Origin: Candidatus Magasanikiibacteriota bacterium
GTDB lineage: Bacteria > Patescibacteriota > Patescibacteriia > Magasanikbacterales > GWA2-37-8
Length of the DNA stretch: 64,000 nucleotides
Reading direction: 5' to 3'
Assembly (NCBI GenBank): GCA_963840935.1
Contig: CAWJAS010000001.1
Location: forward strand, 192,875-256,874
The translations under genes were made by a program, and so were the position numbers. Positions within the stretch are counted from its first letter, which is position 1, and each line of letters begins with the position of its first letter. The notes under the pieces were generated by a model. The model ran no database searches, was not told the origin of the DNA, and worked only from the letters and a program-made list of their open reading frames with translations. Below, piece after piece: positions 28,753 through 39,942 of the stretch.

Positions 28753-30090
28753 TTATGTGTGTTTAATAATTTCCTGGATATTTTTTATATTCAATACTTT
28801 TAAGTTTTTTGTTTTAATATCTTTTTTCCCTGTATTAGCCAAAGCTCTTTTCAGACCGAGTTGTTCGCATTCTCTCAGCCGTTTTTCGGTGAAAGAAACA
28901 GGCCTGATTTCTCCGGATAATCCGATTTCGCCAAAGGCGGCCATATCGCTTCCAAGGGGCTTGTCTTTGTAGGCGCTCGCAATAGCAAGTGCCGCGGCCA
29001 AATCCGCCGCCGGTTCGTCGGCAGTTAGCCCACCTACCACATTAAGATGAATATCATATTGAGCCAGACTGAGTCCGGCTCGGCGTTCAAGCACGGCCAC
29101 AAGCATGTGCAAACGATTCAAATCAAAACCGCTTGCTTTGCGCACCGGATAGCCGAATGAAGTTTTATTGACGAGCGCTTGAACCTCGCAAAGAATCGGT
29201 CGACTTCCTTCCATCAGGCAGGCCACCACATTTCCGGGTGCGTCTTCCACCCTTTCTCCCAAAAAAGCGGCTGAAGGATTTTTTACTTCTACAAGTCCGT
29301 TTTCTTCCATGGTGAAAACACCGACCTCATCGGTTGAACCAAAACGATTTTTTGCCGCTCGCAAGATTCTGAATTGATGGAAACGGTCTCCTTCCAAGTA
29401 AAGAACAGTATCAACCAGATGCTCCAAAGTTTTTGGGCCGGCAACATTTCCGTCTTTTGTGACTTGGCCGATCAAAACAACAGTCAAGTGTTCGCTTTTT
29501 GCCATTTCCATTAGTTTGACCGTGCAAGCGCGCACCTGGGCCAAATTGCCGGCTTCTCCTTCTGAATCAATTGAAAATATTGTTTGGATGGAATCAACCA
29601 CGGTAAGCGTTGGCCGTTCTTTTTTTATGGTGGTAATAATCGTTTCTATATTTGATTCATTTCCGATTTTTAGTCCGGCGGATTTAATATTTAATCTGTC
29701 GGCTCGCATTTTTATTTGTTCGGCTGATTCTTCTCCGGAAATATATAGAGCAGGGGAGAGTAATCCGGTAAGTTGAAGCGCCAAAGTTGATTTGCCGATT
29801 CCCGGTTCTCCGCCAAGAAGAATAAGTGAACCCGGCACAAGACCGTTTCCAAGAACCCTGTCCAGTTCACTGATGTTGGTTTTTATTCGAATTGTATTTT
29901 CATTTTTAATTTCATTTAGATTCGATAATTTTGCCGGCGTGAAATTATTTTCAGAGGGCTGTTCTTTGGCGATTGCTTTTTGCTCTTTTTCGATTGTTCC
30001 CCATTTACCGCATTCCAAACAGCGCCCAACCCATTTCTGGAATTGAGCGCCACAATTGTTGCAGGTGAAAATAGTTTGATTATTTTTCAT
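28753..30090 (-). CDS. radA: DNA repair protein RadA/Sms
   Basis: CNNCG...GRCLECG, GGEPGIGKSTL, AGPKTLEHLVD, KNRFG. Confidence 0.98.
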   Translation of the reverse strand: MKNNQTIFTCNNCGAQFQKWVGRCLECGKWGTIEKEQKAIAKEQPSENNFTPAKLSNLNEIKNENTIRIKTNISELDRVLGNGLVPGSLILLGGEPGIGKSTLALQLTGLLSPALYISGEESAEQIKMRADRLNIKSAGLKIGNESNIETIITTIKKERPTLTVVDSIQTIFSIDSEGEAGNLAQVRACTVKLMEMAKSEHLTVVLIGQVTKDGNVAGPKTLEHLVDTVLYLEGDRFHQFRILRAAKNRFGSTDEVGVFTMEENGLVEVKNPSAAFLGERVEDAPGNVVACLMEGSRPILCEVQALVNKTSFGYPVRKASGFDLNRLHMLVAVLERRAGLSLAQYDIHLNVVGGLTADEPAADLAAALAIASAYKDKPLGSDMAAFGEIGLSGEIRPVSFTEKRLRECEQLGLKRALANTGKKDIKTKNLKVLNIKNIQEIIKHT

Positions 30091-30107
30091 TTTTTTCCAC
30101 TCTTTAT

Positions 30108-31649
30108 TTATGGCTTAATTCCAATTATTCTATAAATATAGCATCCTTTGTTTTTTGCATATTTTTTCATTACCCAATAATCGCTAATTGTTTTTGCTAC
30201 TCTAACGCATGTTTTTGGTGTGAAGTCATACCCTGGTATTGGTATCGGACCGTATGAAGCGCAAGACCCCGATGAACCACCACCCATTTCAACCATTTCA
30301 TAAGGTAAGCCGGCGCCACCAGTATACATAAACCAATGTCCGGCATTCGGAGACCAAAAAAAATCACCAAATTTTAATCCATCTTTCTTGTTTTTGACAT
30401 CTTCAATGGCCTCAGCGCATGTTTTATCTTTTCCTCCACCCATAAAATACGGTTCTTTTTCGGAAGTTTTTAATTGGGGCAATGGCTCTTGTTTCCCGGG
30501 GAATCCGGCACATTTATACAATTGATAGATCCAAGTTCCGCAATCTCCGCACATCCTTCCTTTATAATAGCTTAATTCTTTGCTGTTATAAATTGCCAGT
30601 AATTCGGCTTGATATGTTTTGTCTTTATTTAATAATTTTGCTTGATCTGATGTCAGGGCTTTTAAACTTTCCTTGGTATAATTATTTGGATTTGGGAAAG
30701 GAATTCCCACTGATAGCAAGTGATTAATCATCCAATTGACTTGCGCGCCAGTTGCTTTGCATCCATTCGCGACGGTATTTCCTCCGCGCACATAAACAGC
30801 CCCACCCTTTTGACCTAATTCAACCCATGTGGGCAATACTGCTTTTAATGAAGCCTCTGTTAATGGTCCACTTATACAAACACTTCGCATTTTTGAATAG
30901 GGGTTTTCTCCTTCGGCCATAGGTAAGGCTGTGTTTGCCATTTCGGTCAAATCAACATCATCGTCAACCGTGCCAATAAATTCAGGCATAGGTTGGTTCT
31001 CTATAAATTTTATTTTTAAAGATTTAAATACAGTCAAATCGGGATTAATCGCAAAAAGAATTGCATAAGACCCCCAGGCAATAAATAATCCGATAACAAT
31101 TTGGCTTATTCTTTTATATGCGTCAGCCTTTGCCGGCCCGCCTCCGGAAGTAATTATTTTTATGCCCATCATTATGAGCATTACAATTCCGATAATGCTT
31201 ACGGCCAGAACCGTAAAATTATAAACAGCAGACAAATATTCTCCTATCCAAGAAATATAAATATTACCTTCACTATCAACTTCTGATGGTGGCGCTGAAA
31301 ATTGCAAAGAAGGGACAGTAACACCAAGAATGACATCTTTAAATCCTTCAAATTCTGACTCAAGCTCGGTGGTTTCCACAATTATCTCACCACATTCTTT
31401 CATTTTTCCTATTGAACAGGAGGCACCAAATCCGCTTTTGGATTCGCACATAGTAGCATCAGTAATCAAATTACCCTCAGTGTCTTTTGGAAGAGTATTG
31501 TAAGATGAACCCTCTCCTGTTGTATCAACATTTATACACACACAACAGGAATTATATTCAACCGCTGATGTGTAATTCGGAAATAAAAAAATACCGGCTG
31601 AAACAGTAAATAACAAGGTAAAATATATTATTTTAAAGCGTAAAGACAT
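30108..31649 (-). CDS. Secreted/membrane protein with a VirB2/pilin-like TM hairpin and a putative C-terminal NlpC/P60-like domain
   Basis: Signal peptide, Cys-rich N region, GIKIITSGG...RISQIVIGL...ILFAINPDL, then DCGTW...GDFFW...GHWFMYTG. Confidence 0.6.
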   Translation of the reverse strand: MSLRFKIIYFTLLFTVSAGIFLFPNYTSAVEYNSCCVCINVDTTGEGSSYNTLPKDTEGNLITDATMCESKSGFGASCSIGKMKECGEIIVETTELESEFEGFKDVILGVTVPSLQFSAPPSEVDSEGNIYISWIGEYLSAVYNFTVLAVSIIGIVMLIMMGIKIITSGGGPAKADAYKRISQIVIGLFIAWGSYAILFAINPDLTVFKSLKIKFIENQPMPEFIGTVDDDVDLTEMANTALPMAEGENPYSKMRSVCISGPLTEASLKAVLPTWVELGQKGGAVYVRGGNTVANGCKATGAQVNWMINHLLSVGIPFPNPNNYTKESLKALTSDQAKLLNKDKTYQAELLAIYNSKELSYYKGRMCGDCGTWIYQLYKCAGFPGKQEPLPQLKTSEKEPYFMGGGKDKTCAEAIEDVKNKKDGLKFGDFFWSPNAGHWFMYTGGAGLPYEMVEMGGGSSGSCASYGPIPIPGYDFTPKTCVRVAKTISDYWVMKKYAKNKGCYIYRIIGIKP

Positions 31650-31651
31650 AT

Positions 31652-32329
31652 TTAGTTATATTCTTTCATGATTTCTTTGAGCAAATCTTCAATTTTTATT
31701 TCATCTAGGTAATTGACTCGTTTATTATTAATAAAAATCTCCGGAGCCTTTTTTAAGCCAATGAGTTCTGCCAATTCAGTTGATTGGTTTATTTTTGTTT
31801 TTATTTGCTCCGCTTCAAGGCAAGATGTCCATAAATTTGTGTTAATCTGTATTGTTTCTGCGACTTTCAACAAAACACTATCTTTGGTTAAATTTTTGCC
31901 GATTTTATTCAATTCATCCAGATAACTAAAAAATAATTTATTATTTTGTTCAAAAGCGCAACGCGCCGCTACATGAGGTTTCATATTGTCGGAAGCAAAT
32001 AATCCCGCCCGCGGAAAATCCAAGATAATTAAGCGGAATTTTTGCGGGTATTGCAAAGTGTAATTAGCCAGTTTGGCGTGCATTGCCCTGCTTTCGGCAG
32101 AATTAATATCCAAAAATTCTATTATCGTAATAGGCGCGCCGGGATTTCCCAAAATCGGGTCGGTCGCATTTGTTATGATGGGGGTAAAGGCATAGTCAAT
32201 CAATGGTTTCTCGGCAATTTCAACGGAAATTTCATTAACTTTTTTTATTTGATAATACAAAATTAAAACCGTGGCGAATATTGCGATTATGAGAATTAAA
32301 AAGATTTTTTTAAAATTTGTTTTTGTCAT
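31652..32329 (-). CDS. DsbA-like thioredoxin-fold protein lacking CxxC
   Basis: DPILGNPGAPITIIEFLD, DFP, AARCA, PEIFIN; SAES where CxxC is expected. Confidence 0.85.
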   Translation of the reverse strand: MTKTNFKKIFLILIIAIFATVLILYYQIKKVNEISVEIAEKPLIDYAFTPIITNATDPILGNPGAPITIIEFLDINSAESRAMHAKLANYTLQYPQKFRLIILDFPRAGLFASDNMKPHVAARCAFEQNNKLFFSYLDELNKIGKNLTKDSVLLKVAETIQINTNLWTSCLEAEQIKTKINQSTELAELIGLKKAPEIFINNKRVNYLDEIKIEDLLKEIMKEYN

Positions 32330-32331
32330 AT

Positions 32332-33555
32332 TTATAACTGTACCTCATATATTCCCGTCTGGTATGTATCAACGAACAAAAGGCGATTATTTGTTTCGTC
32401 AAACGAGACACTATCTATTGAATAATCTCCGCCAGTATCAATTGGTGTTTTTAATCCGGTGGTCAGATCGATTTTATATAAATTATCAGGAATGCCGTCG
32501 GCAATTTTTGGTTGGATGCCGGCGCCTTGGGGCAGGTAGCTGGGTACTGCGCAATATACCGTGGTATCGCCGGCAAATGCGCATTTTTCCGGCCAGGTAT
32601 TAATTTCCAGATTCTGCCTGTGAGACCCGATTTCTTGGCCGTAGGAATTCACAATCCATAATTCCGGTTTTAAGTCCGAGCGGTTGCTGTATACGCTATA
32701 AAGAAGTTTTTTGCCGGTCGGTGACCACTCTGATTCAAAACCCATACCTTCAACCACTAATGATTTGAAATTTTCTCCGTTTAACCCGACAAGCAAAACT
32801 TCTTTGCGGTACATTCCCAAAGCTTCTCCAGTCATGGAAAAAGCGACTGTTTGTCTGCTCGGGGACCAGTCGATAGTTACTTTGTCTTGGTTACTACCCA
32901 TTTCTTCAATTATTTTTGTTCCCGTTCCGTCGTCGTTCACCGTAACAAGCCAGCGATTTTCTTCCGACAAACCGATCGCTTTGGCGGCAATTTGCGAGCT
33001 GTCATCGGAAAAAGAAAATTCTTCCCAATGTTTTGGTAAAGTGTATTGTTTTTGCGTGTCAAAGTTATAAATAATTTTTGAGTTATCCGGATACTCCAAA
33101 ACCGCCTTGTCGGCATTTTTTGCCCAAGTTACGTTTTCAACATTATAAAAAGTTTCCCCGCTCAAATCTTTGGTTGAACCGTCCGGCAAAACTTTGTAAA
33201 ACTTTCCGTCGAAAGAATTGTAATAACGCATATCGCCAGCTTTGCCCAAGGAAGAATAGTTTGCCGGCTCGCTGGTTAATTGTTTTACCGGTTCGGGGCG
33301 ATAATAGCTTGGCTCCACTCCGGGGATATATCCGGCTACCGGTAAAGCCGTTTCACCGGTGACTCCCGGTACCGTAGTGGTCGCTCTTTCGCCGGCAGGG
33401 GGGAGGGCGCCCGGAGTTCCGGGTTCACCTGGTTCGGTTGGCACATAAGCCAGTGGGCCCGCTTTTTTAAAAAAATAATACAAAGCAAAAGCTAATAGGG
33501 CGGTCACAACTATTAAGCCAATGATTAGTAATATTCTTTTTAGTTTTGCGGACAT
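32332..33555 (-). CDS. Membrane-anchored beta-propeller (TolB/WD40-like) protein
   Basis: N-terminal TM, Pro/Thr linker, repeated WSP/FS blade motifs. Confidence 0.7.
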   Translation of the reverse strand: MSAKLKRILLIIGLIVVTALLAFALYYFFKKAGPLAYVPTEPGEPGTPGALPPAGERATTTVPGVTGETALPVAGYIPGVEPSYYRPEPVKQLTSEPANYSSLGKAGDMRYYNSFDGKFYKVLPDGSTKDLSGETFYNVENVTWAKNADKAVLEYPDNSKIIYNFDTQKQYTLPKHWEEFSFSDDSSQIAAKAIGLSEENRWLVTVNDDGTGTKIIEEMGSNQDKVTIDWSPSRQTVAFSMTGEALGMYRKEVLLVGLNGENFKSLVVEGMGFESEWSPTGKKLLYSVYSNRSDLKPELWIVNSYGQEIGSHRQNLEINTWPEKCAFAGDTTVYCAVPSYLPQGAGIQPKIADGIPDNLYKIDLTTGLKTPIDTGGDYSIDSVSFDETNNRLLFVDTYQTGIYEVQL

Positions 33556-33559
33556 ATTT

Positions 33560-34255
33560 TTATTTTATTGATTTTTTAATTTTTTTAATTCTATCGTTTT
33601 TTTGTTTTATGAGCGCTTTTTTCTCGTTTTTGAATCTATTTTGTAATTCCCGGGTTTTTGCTGAATAAACACCAAGATTAAGTCCGCATCCCCAAACAAG
33701 CACACCGAGCGCGATTGTGATGGTTAAAGCCAAAATAAGAGGTATTAGCAACAGCCACCAATAAACTAAAGCCACTCCCCAAATCGCCCTGATTATTCGA
33801 ACAGCATTTTTTGTTCTATCGGAAATTTTTGATAATTTAATATTATTTTCGGATTTTTTTATTTTTTTTAGTGCAGTTTGCTCCTCGATTTTTATCGCTC
33901 TTTGAATTTTAAGTTGCCTAATTTGCGACTTGGTCAATTGAAGACTGCGCATTTCTTCCTCACTCATATCCTCGTCTCCTTCAGGCTGTTCTCCTTCCGA
34001 TTCCTCCTCGCCTTCTTTTGGCTCTTCTTCCGGTTCTTCTTTGCCTTTTTCTTCAGTTGGCTGGCCGTATTCTTGTGGTAATAATTCCGCTTCTTCGGTT
34101 TTTGGCGCTCGACTTTCACTTTCGGCAACATCTTCTGTCCCAATAAGTCCATCGCTATAAAGCATGTCTAAATCCGAAAAACTTCGCTTTGCTTGCGCCC
34201 TTTTTTTTGCCAGTTCAACCGCTTGATTTTGCTCAGTATCTGAATTTTCCGGCAT
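33560..34255 (-). CDS. Hypothetical membrane protein with an acidic N-terminal region
   Basis: E-rich tract followed by a hydrophobic segment; operonic with the Clp ATPase gene. Confidence 0.75.
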   Translation of the reverse strand: MPENSDTEQNQAVELAKKRAQAKRSFSDLDMLYSDGLIGTEDVAESESRAPKTEEAELLPQEYGQPTEEKGKEEPEEEPKEGEEESEGEQPEGDEDMSEEEMRSLQLTKSQIRQLKIQRAIKIEEQTALKKIKKSENNIKLSKISDRTKNAVRIIRAIWGVALVYWWLLLIPLILALTITIALGVLVWGCGLNLGVYSAKTRELQNRFKNEKKALIKQKNDRIKKIKKSIK

Positions 34256-34256
34256 A

Positions 34257-36770
34257 TTATTTTAAAATTATTCTATTGTCGGAAGAAGCGTTCATTGAGT
34301 ATGATTTTTCTGGCGAGCCGTTTAATATCAAGTCGGACATTATTTTCTCTGTTTCAGTTCGAATTTTTTGACGAATATTGCGAGCGTTAATATTTTTTTC
34401 TTCCATGGCATTGACCAGTTTTTTTATGGCGTCTTTTTGCGGTAATATTTTAGTTTTGTATTTTTTGAGCTGTTCATTAAGCGCGTTTATTTCTAAAGCG
34501 CCGATTTTTGCCAGGTCGTCGGCCGTTAGTTCTTTGAAAATACATATTTTATCCAAACGGTTGATTAATTCCGGCGAAAATCTTTCTTTTAATTTTTCTG
34601 TCAAACGTTCGCGATTCTCAAAGCTTGACGCTTCTGAATGCCAAAATCCAAGCGAGCCCTTTTTGAACTCGTCAAAACCAAATGAAGTGGTCAATATTAT
34701 TATAGCATGTTTTAAGGATATTTTCTTGCCCGTGGCGTCAGTAATTTCACCTTCATCAAGAATCTGCAAAAGGAGCTTCAAGATGTCGGGATGAGCTTTA
34801 TCAATTTCATCAAAAAGTACCACCGAATAGGGGTTTAGTTTGAGCCGGTCGGTAAATTGATTCGCTTCTTTGTAACCCACATAACCGGCCGGTGAGCCGA
34901 GTAATTTGGAAGCGCCATATGACTCACCAAATTCCGACATATCCAGACGAATAAGAGCATCTTGATTGGGATAAACAAATTTGGCGATTGTTTTGGCCAG
35001 TTCGGTTTTGCCGACTCCGGAGGCTCCGACAAATAATAGTGAAGCATACGGACGGTTAGGGCTTGAAAGTCCCAATTCCGCTCTTCTGATTAAAGCAACC
35101 GCTTCGTCAATCGCTTCGTTTTGGCCGATGACTGATTTTTTGAGTTGGTCGGCAATTTTTATGAATTTATTGCCATTAGCAGAAATAATCTCTGAAGGTT
35201 CATTGCCTGTGATTTTGGCCACTTGATTCGCGATATCTTTTGCGGTGATTTCTCCGTAAAATTTTATTTTTTCTTTTGAGGTGATTAATTCCAGTTTGGT
35301 AATTTCTTCGGTAATTTTCTGTTCATCCTCTTTTAATTTTAAGGCATCGCCAAATCGGTCGCTTAAAGCCGCTTTTTCTTTTTCGGTTTTTATCAGGCGT
35401 AATTTATGGCGAAGTTCATATAGTGAATTTTCTTCCGGCGTATTTTTTGCCAGTAGCCGTTTGGCGGCGGCTGTTTCGTCCAAAATATCGATTGCCTTGT
35501 CCGGCAAAAATTTGCCGGAAATATATCGGTCGGACAATTCCGTTGCCGCTATTATCGCTTGGTCGCTAATTTTGATTTGATGGAATTCTTCGTATTTGCT
35601 TTTTATGCCTTTTAATATTTTTTCTGTTTCATGTGTGCTTGGTTCACGGATGATTATCGGCATAAAGCGCCTTTCCAGGGCGGCGTCGTTTTCAATAAAT
35701 TTTTTGAATTCAGCCGGAGTGGTTGACCCGATGCAATGGATATCGCCACGCGCCAGAGCCGGTTTGAGTAAATTGGCGGCATCCATGGTGCCTTGGCTGG
35801 AACCGGCCCCAACAATGTTGTGAATTTCATCAATAAAAAGAATCACATTTTGATCATTAACCGCCTCATCAACCAGTTCTTTTAATCTGGCCTCAAACTC
35901 TCCGCGATAAATCGTTCCGGCAATCATAAGACCAATATCAACCGAATAGATTTTTTTTCCACGCAATTTATCGGGAACTTTATTTTCGGTGATTTTTTTG
36001 GCCAAACCCTCGACAATAGCCGTTTTGCCGACGCCCGGGTCGCCCAAAAGCACGGGATTATTTTTTGTTCGCCTGGATAATATTTGGATTAATCTTTCCA
36101 CCTCGGCATCACGACCGATAAGCGGGTCGATTTTTTTTTGCAGTTCTGTGTCACAAAGATTAACGGCAAAATATTCCAAAGCGGTTTCTTGTTTTTTCCC
36201 TTTTTGCATTTGTCGGGGTAATCCGGGAATACTCGAGCCCGCCATATTATCTTGAATATTTTCGGTTACGTCGGCAATGTCACCTAAACTCGGGAATTGC
36301 GAAGCACTTGCATATATTGCATCAAGCTCTTTCATCACCTGTTCATTTTTAAAATTGCTTTTTGCAAAAAATTCGTTCAATTTTGAATCTTCGCAATCAA
36401 GTAAGGCGCCAAGCAGATGCTCGCTTCCCAAAAAGTTTTGCTCATTTTTTTGGGCGATAATCAAAGCTTTTTCCAGGATTATCTTTGACGCGCCGGAAAG
36501 CGGTGGCAGTTGAACTTCCGCAGTTATGTTTATTTGTTTTGTTTTTGTGAATTCGTCTTTGATTGGAAGAGTGGCGATAAATTCGCGTAATAATTCAAGA
36601 TTCGGAGTAAATCGGTTAACGATTTCTGAAGCGAGCGATCCTTTTTCGGCGGTTACGGCAAAAAAAAGATGCAAAGGTTCGACTTCGGCATTTTTTAATT
36701 CGGTAGCCATCTGCATGGCGCGAGCCAAAATTTCTTTCAGGTGAGTGGAAAATCTATTGAGAATATCCAT
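34257..36770 (-). CDS. clpC: ATP-dependent Clp protease ATP-binding subunit (ClpC/ClpA-like)
   Basis: Clp_N repeats, [40 protein letters not shown]. Confidence 0.93.
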   Translation of the reverse strand: MDILNRFSTHLKEILARAMQMATELKNAEVEPLHLFFAVTAEKGSLASEIVNRFTPNLELLREFIATLPIKDEFTKTKQINITAEVQLPPLSGASKIILEKALIIAQKNEQNFLGSEHLLGALLDCEDSKLNEFFAKSNFKNEQVMKELDAIYASASQFPSLGDIADVTENIQDNMAGSSIPGLPRQMQKGKKQETALEYFAVNLCDTELQKKIDPLIGRDAEVERLIQILSRRTKNNPVLLGDPGVGKTAIVEGLAKKITENKVPDKLRGKKIYSVDIGLMIAGTIYRGEFEARLKELVDEAVNDQNVILFIDEIHNIVGAGSSQGTMDAANLLKPALARGDIHCIGSTTPAEFKKFIENDAALERRFMPIIIREPSTHETEKILKGIKSKYEEFHQIKISDQAIIAATELSDRYISGKFLPDKAIDILDETAAAKRLLAKNTPEENSLYELRHKLRLIKTEKEKAALSDRFGDALKLKEDEQKITEEITKLELITSKEKIKFYGEITAKDIANQVAKITGNEPSEIISANGNKFIKIADQLKKSVIGQNEAIDEAVALIRRAELGLSSPNRPYASLLFVGASGVGKTELAKTIAKFVYPNQDALIRLDMSEFGESYGASKLLGSPAGYVGYKEANQFTDRLKLNPYSVVLFDEIDKAHPDILKLLLQILDEGEITDATGKKISLKHAIIILTTSFGFDEFKKGSLGFWHSEASSFENRERLTEKLKERFSPELINRLDKICIFKELTADDLAKIGALEINALNEQLKKYKTKILPQKDAIKKLVNAMEEKNINARNIRQKIRTETEKIMSDLILNGSPEKSYSMNASSDNRIILK

Positions 36771-36867
36771 ATATTTAACCGTAATTTTTAATATTATTAT
36801 TGACACCCATATTGTTTTTTAATTTTGTATATTATATAATGATTTTGCCGTTAATGTAAAGAAAATT

Positions 36868-38232
36868 ATGCTAAATTCAAATATTTTTAAGGCTTATGAT
36901 GTGCGCGGAATTTATGGTTCGGAACTGACCGAAGATTTGGCGTACAAAATCAGCCGAGCCTACGCGGTTTTGCGTCAAAAAGAATTGGGTAGAACGAATT
37001 TAACAATTATTGTCGGTCGAGACATGCGTTTATCTTCACCTTCATTAAGCGAGGCGGTCATTCGCGGTTTGATTGAACAAGGCGCCAATGTGATTGAAAT
37101 AGGGCTTGCTTCAACTCCGACTTTTTATTTTGCGGTTTGCCATTTAAAAGCGGACGGTGGAATGATAGTGTCGGCATCGCATAATCCAAAAGAATACAAC
37201 GGAATAAAAATTACTCGTGAAAACGCAAAGCCTCTTGGCGCGGGGAGCGGGATGGAAGAATTAAAATTATTGGTGGAAGAAGGTGCCTGGCCCGAGCCGG
37301 CTTCCATGGGTGAAGTAACACAGCACGCGGGGGTTATCCACGAGCAAGTTAAATATGAAGAACAAGGGATTGATTTATCAAAAATAAAAAAATTTAAAAT
37401 TGTGGCAGACACGGCGAGTGCCATGGGTGCAGATTATTTGGAAAGATTATTTGCCGATTTGCCTCAAGTTGATTTGGTAAAAATGAATTTTGAATTTGAC
37501 GGCACTTTTCCGGTTCATGAGGCAGACCCTTTTCGAGAAGAAAATGTTTCTGATTTAAAAAAACGGGTGGTGGCCGAGAAAGCGGATTTGGGAATTGCCA
37601 CTGATGGCGATGGCGACAGAATATTTTTTGTGGACAATAATGGCGAAATGGTAGAACCGGCAATTTTACGAGGTGTTTTGGCGAAAATTTTTCTGCGCGA
37701 CTATCCGGGCGCGACAATTTGCTATGATATTCGGCCGGGCAAAATTACCGAAGATATGATTTTGGAAAATGGCGGGGTGCCGAGCGTGACTCGCGTCGGG
37801 CATTCACTTATCAAAAAACAAATGATTGAAACCGGAGCCGTGTTTGGTGGGGAATCGTCCGGGCATTTTTTTGTGAAGTTTCCGCACGGTGTTTATGAAG
37901 CGCCCATGGTGATAATTTTAAAATTACTTTTGGAATTATCAGAGAATAATGTTAGTTTGGCCGATTATGTTCGTCCTTTAAAAAAATATTTTCATTCCGG
38001 TGAAATTAATTTTAAGGGCGCGGAAAAAGAAAAAGTTTTTGCTGTTCTGAAAGAAAAATATTCGGATGCAAAAATAAATGATTTGGACGGACTCACTTTT
38101 ACATATCCGGATTTTTGGTTTAATGTGCGTGGTTCAAATACCGAGGCGCTTGTCCGATTAAATTTGGAAGCCGTAGATAAAAAAACAATGGAAGAAAAAA
38201 CAAAAGAGATTAGCCAAATAATTAATTTATAA
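36868..38232 (+). CDS. Phosphomannomutase/phosphoglucomutase
   Basis: FKAYDVRG, SASHNP, DGDGDR, GESSGH, RGSNTE. Confidence 0.95.
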   Translation: MLNSNIFKAYDVRGIYGSELTEDLAYKISRAYAVLRQKELGRTNLTIIVGRDMRLSSPSLSEAVIRGLIEQGANVIEIGLASTPTFYFAVCHLKADGGMIVSASHNPKEYNGIKITRENAKPLGAGSGMEELKLLVEEGAWPEPASMGEVTQHAGVIHEQVKYEEQGIDLSKIKKFKIVADTASAMGADYLERLFADLPQVDLVKMNFEFDGTFPVHEADPFREENVSDLKKRVVAEKADLGIATDGDGDRIFFVDNNGEMVEPAILRGVLAKIFLRDYPGATICYDIRPGKITEDMILENGGVPSVTRVGHSLIKKQMIETGAVFGGESSGHFFVKFPHGVYEAPMVIILKLLLELSENNVSLADYVRPLKKYFHSGEINFKGAEKEKVFAVLKEKYSDAKINDLDGLTFTYPDFWFNVRGSNTEALVRLNLEAVDKKTMEEKTKEISQIINL

Positions 38233-38236
38233 ATAT

Positions 38237-38548
38237 ATGTCCATAAAAAGTAGAAGCAGTGTGGCAAAAAGAGACAGCGCTTGGCAAAAAAGACGAGCTG
38301 ACGCGTTTGGCAAAGTGGCGGACGGTTTGGTTGATATCGCGAACGCAAAAAAGCAGAGAGTGGCCGAGCGAATAAAGACTGCGGGAATAAAAATTAAAAA
38401 TACATATAAAGCAAAATTGGGCGATGATTTGCGCGCTTTTGAATATACGGTAACAAAAATCGATCGATTTGAAGGCGAAGTTTGGCTCAAATCAGAGCGA
38501 GGCACGGTACGCAAACTCCGGGTGTCCAATGAAATTTTTGATAAGTAA
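38237..38548 (+). CDS. Hypothetical basic protein
   Basis: 103-aa ORF directly after the PMM gene with an AT-rich leader. Confidence 0.6.
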   Translation: MSIKSRSSVAKRDSAWQKRRADAFGKVADGLVDIANAKKQRVAERIKTAGIKIKNTYKAKLGDDLRAFEYTVTKIDRFEGEVWLKSERGTVRKLRVSNEIFDK

Positions 38549-38599
38549 AAATGTACTGTATTTTATAGTACACATAGTACACAAATATTGTTTGTATGA

Positions 38600-38629
38600 T
38601 AAACCCGTCAGTCGCGACTGACGGGTTTA
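38600..38629. repeat. Palindrome of the AAACCCGTC...GACGGGTTT family (terminator/REP-like)
   Basis: TAAACCCGTCAGTCGCGACTGACGGGTTTA; relatives at 25926-25953, 57710-57726 and inside truB. Confidence 0.75.
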
Positions 38630-38704
38630 TTTGACAAATAAAATATTAAGTACTATTATTTTTTAATCGAATTTGTTTGGAAATCCGAAAAACAGGAGGG
38701 GCAG

Positions 38705-38947
38705 ATGAGTCGCAAGAAAAAGGAGGGATCAGTGTCGTTCAAAGAGGCAAAAGACAAGGCTGTTTACAAGCCAAGGTACGACGGAGTAACCGGAAGAGCG
38801 CCCAGTCGTCGTAAGCCCGCAGCCCGTGATTCTTGGTTGCCGGAGGCCATGCCCAAGGGAGCCAATTTTTATGGAGGTGATGACGAGCCAGAGCTCTCTC
38901 CCGAAGAGCTCCATTTGGCACGAGAAATCTCCAACGCCCGACGGTAG
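38705..38947 (+). CDS. Hypothetical protein (stand-alone ORFan cassette)
   Basis: TTGACA-17-TATTAT at 38631-38659, GGAGGG SD, terminator AGAGCCGCTC/GAGCGGCTCT at 38976-38999. Confidence 0.7.
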   Translation: MSRKKKEGSVSFKEAKDKAVYKPRYDGVTGRAPSRRKPAARDSWLPEAMPKGANFYGGDDEPELSPEELHLAREISNARR

Positions 38948-39021
38948 TCAGTTCTTTTTTTGTTCATTAATTATTAGAGCCGCTCCACGGAGCGGCTCTT
39001 GTGTTTTTAATTAATTCTATT

Positions 39022-39924
39022 TTATACACCCATTGTTCGTAATTTTTTTATTCTTTCCTCTGTTGGTGGGTGAGTGGAAAAAAGATTTTTGAATTTTTTC
39101 TTTCCATTAGAAAACGGACTGGCAATAAACAAGTGAGCGGTGGCGGTGGAAGCGCTTTTCATTGGTGTGTTTTCAGCAGAAATTTTTTCCAGCGCGCTTG
39201 CCAGGCCATCCGGATAGCGGGTGAGTAAGGCACCGGAAGCGTCAGCCAAATATTCTCTTTTGCGCGAAATCGCCAATTTAATCAGTTCGGCGATCAAGGG
39301 CGAGAGAATGGCGAGAATAATGCCGGCAATCATAAGAATGGCAAAAAGTTGTGAACCGCCTTCGCGGTTATTGCCACCTTTGCCACGCATAAAACCGCCG
39401 GAGCGCAGTAAAATGTTTGACATAATAACAATCGCTCCGACCATTACCGCCACAAGCATCATGAAACGGATATCAAGATTTTTTATATGCGATAATTCAT
39501 GAGCGATTACTCCTTCAAGTTCTTCGTTGGTTAATTTTTCAATCGCTCCGCGAGTCAAAGCGATGGAAGCGTTTTTTGGGTCGCGTCCGGTGGCAAAAGC
39601 ATTGATGGCCGAGTCTTCGATAATATATATTTTTGGCATTGGCAATCCGGCGGTAATGCAGAGATTTTCAACCAAATGATAAACATATTTATTTTCGTCA
39701 TGAGTAACCGGTTTGGCGCCGGTGGCTGTCAAAGCGATTTTATCGCCTGAAAAAAATGAAATGGCGGTCATCAAAAGCGCGATAAAAATCGCAAAAACAA
39801 TTCCGGTATAACCGCCCGAACCGTATAGTTGGTCAAACACCCAGCCCAAAGCGATGATGACGGCAATAAAAATCATCATCAAAAGAATTGATTTGCGTTT
39901 GTTGGAAGAAATCTCAGAGTACAT
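39022..39924 (-). CDS. htpX: Zinc metalloprotease HtpX (M48)
   Basis: NAFATG, HELSH, SRKREYLAD, FSTHPP. Confidence 0.95.
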   Translation of the reverse strand: MYSEISSNKRKSILLMMIFIAVIIALGWVFDQLYGSGGYTGIVFAIFIALLMTAISFFSGDKIALTATGAKPVTHDENKYVYHLVENLCITAGLPMPKIYIIEDSAINAFATGRDPKNASIALTRGAIEKLTNEELEGVIAHELSHIKNLDIRFMMLVAVMVGAIVIMSNILLRSGGFMRGKGGNNREGGSQLFAILMIAGIILAILSPLIAELIKLAISRKREYLADASGALLTRYPDGLASALEKISAENTPMKSASTATAHLFIASPFSNGKKKFKNLFSTHPPTEERIKKLRTMGV

Positions 39925-39942
39925 GTTTTGCCTGTTTATTTA

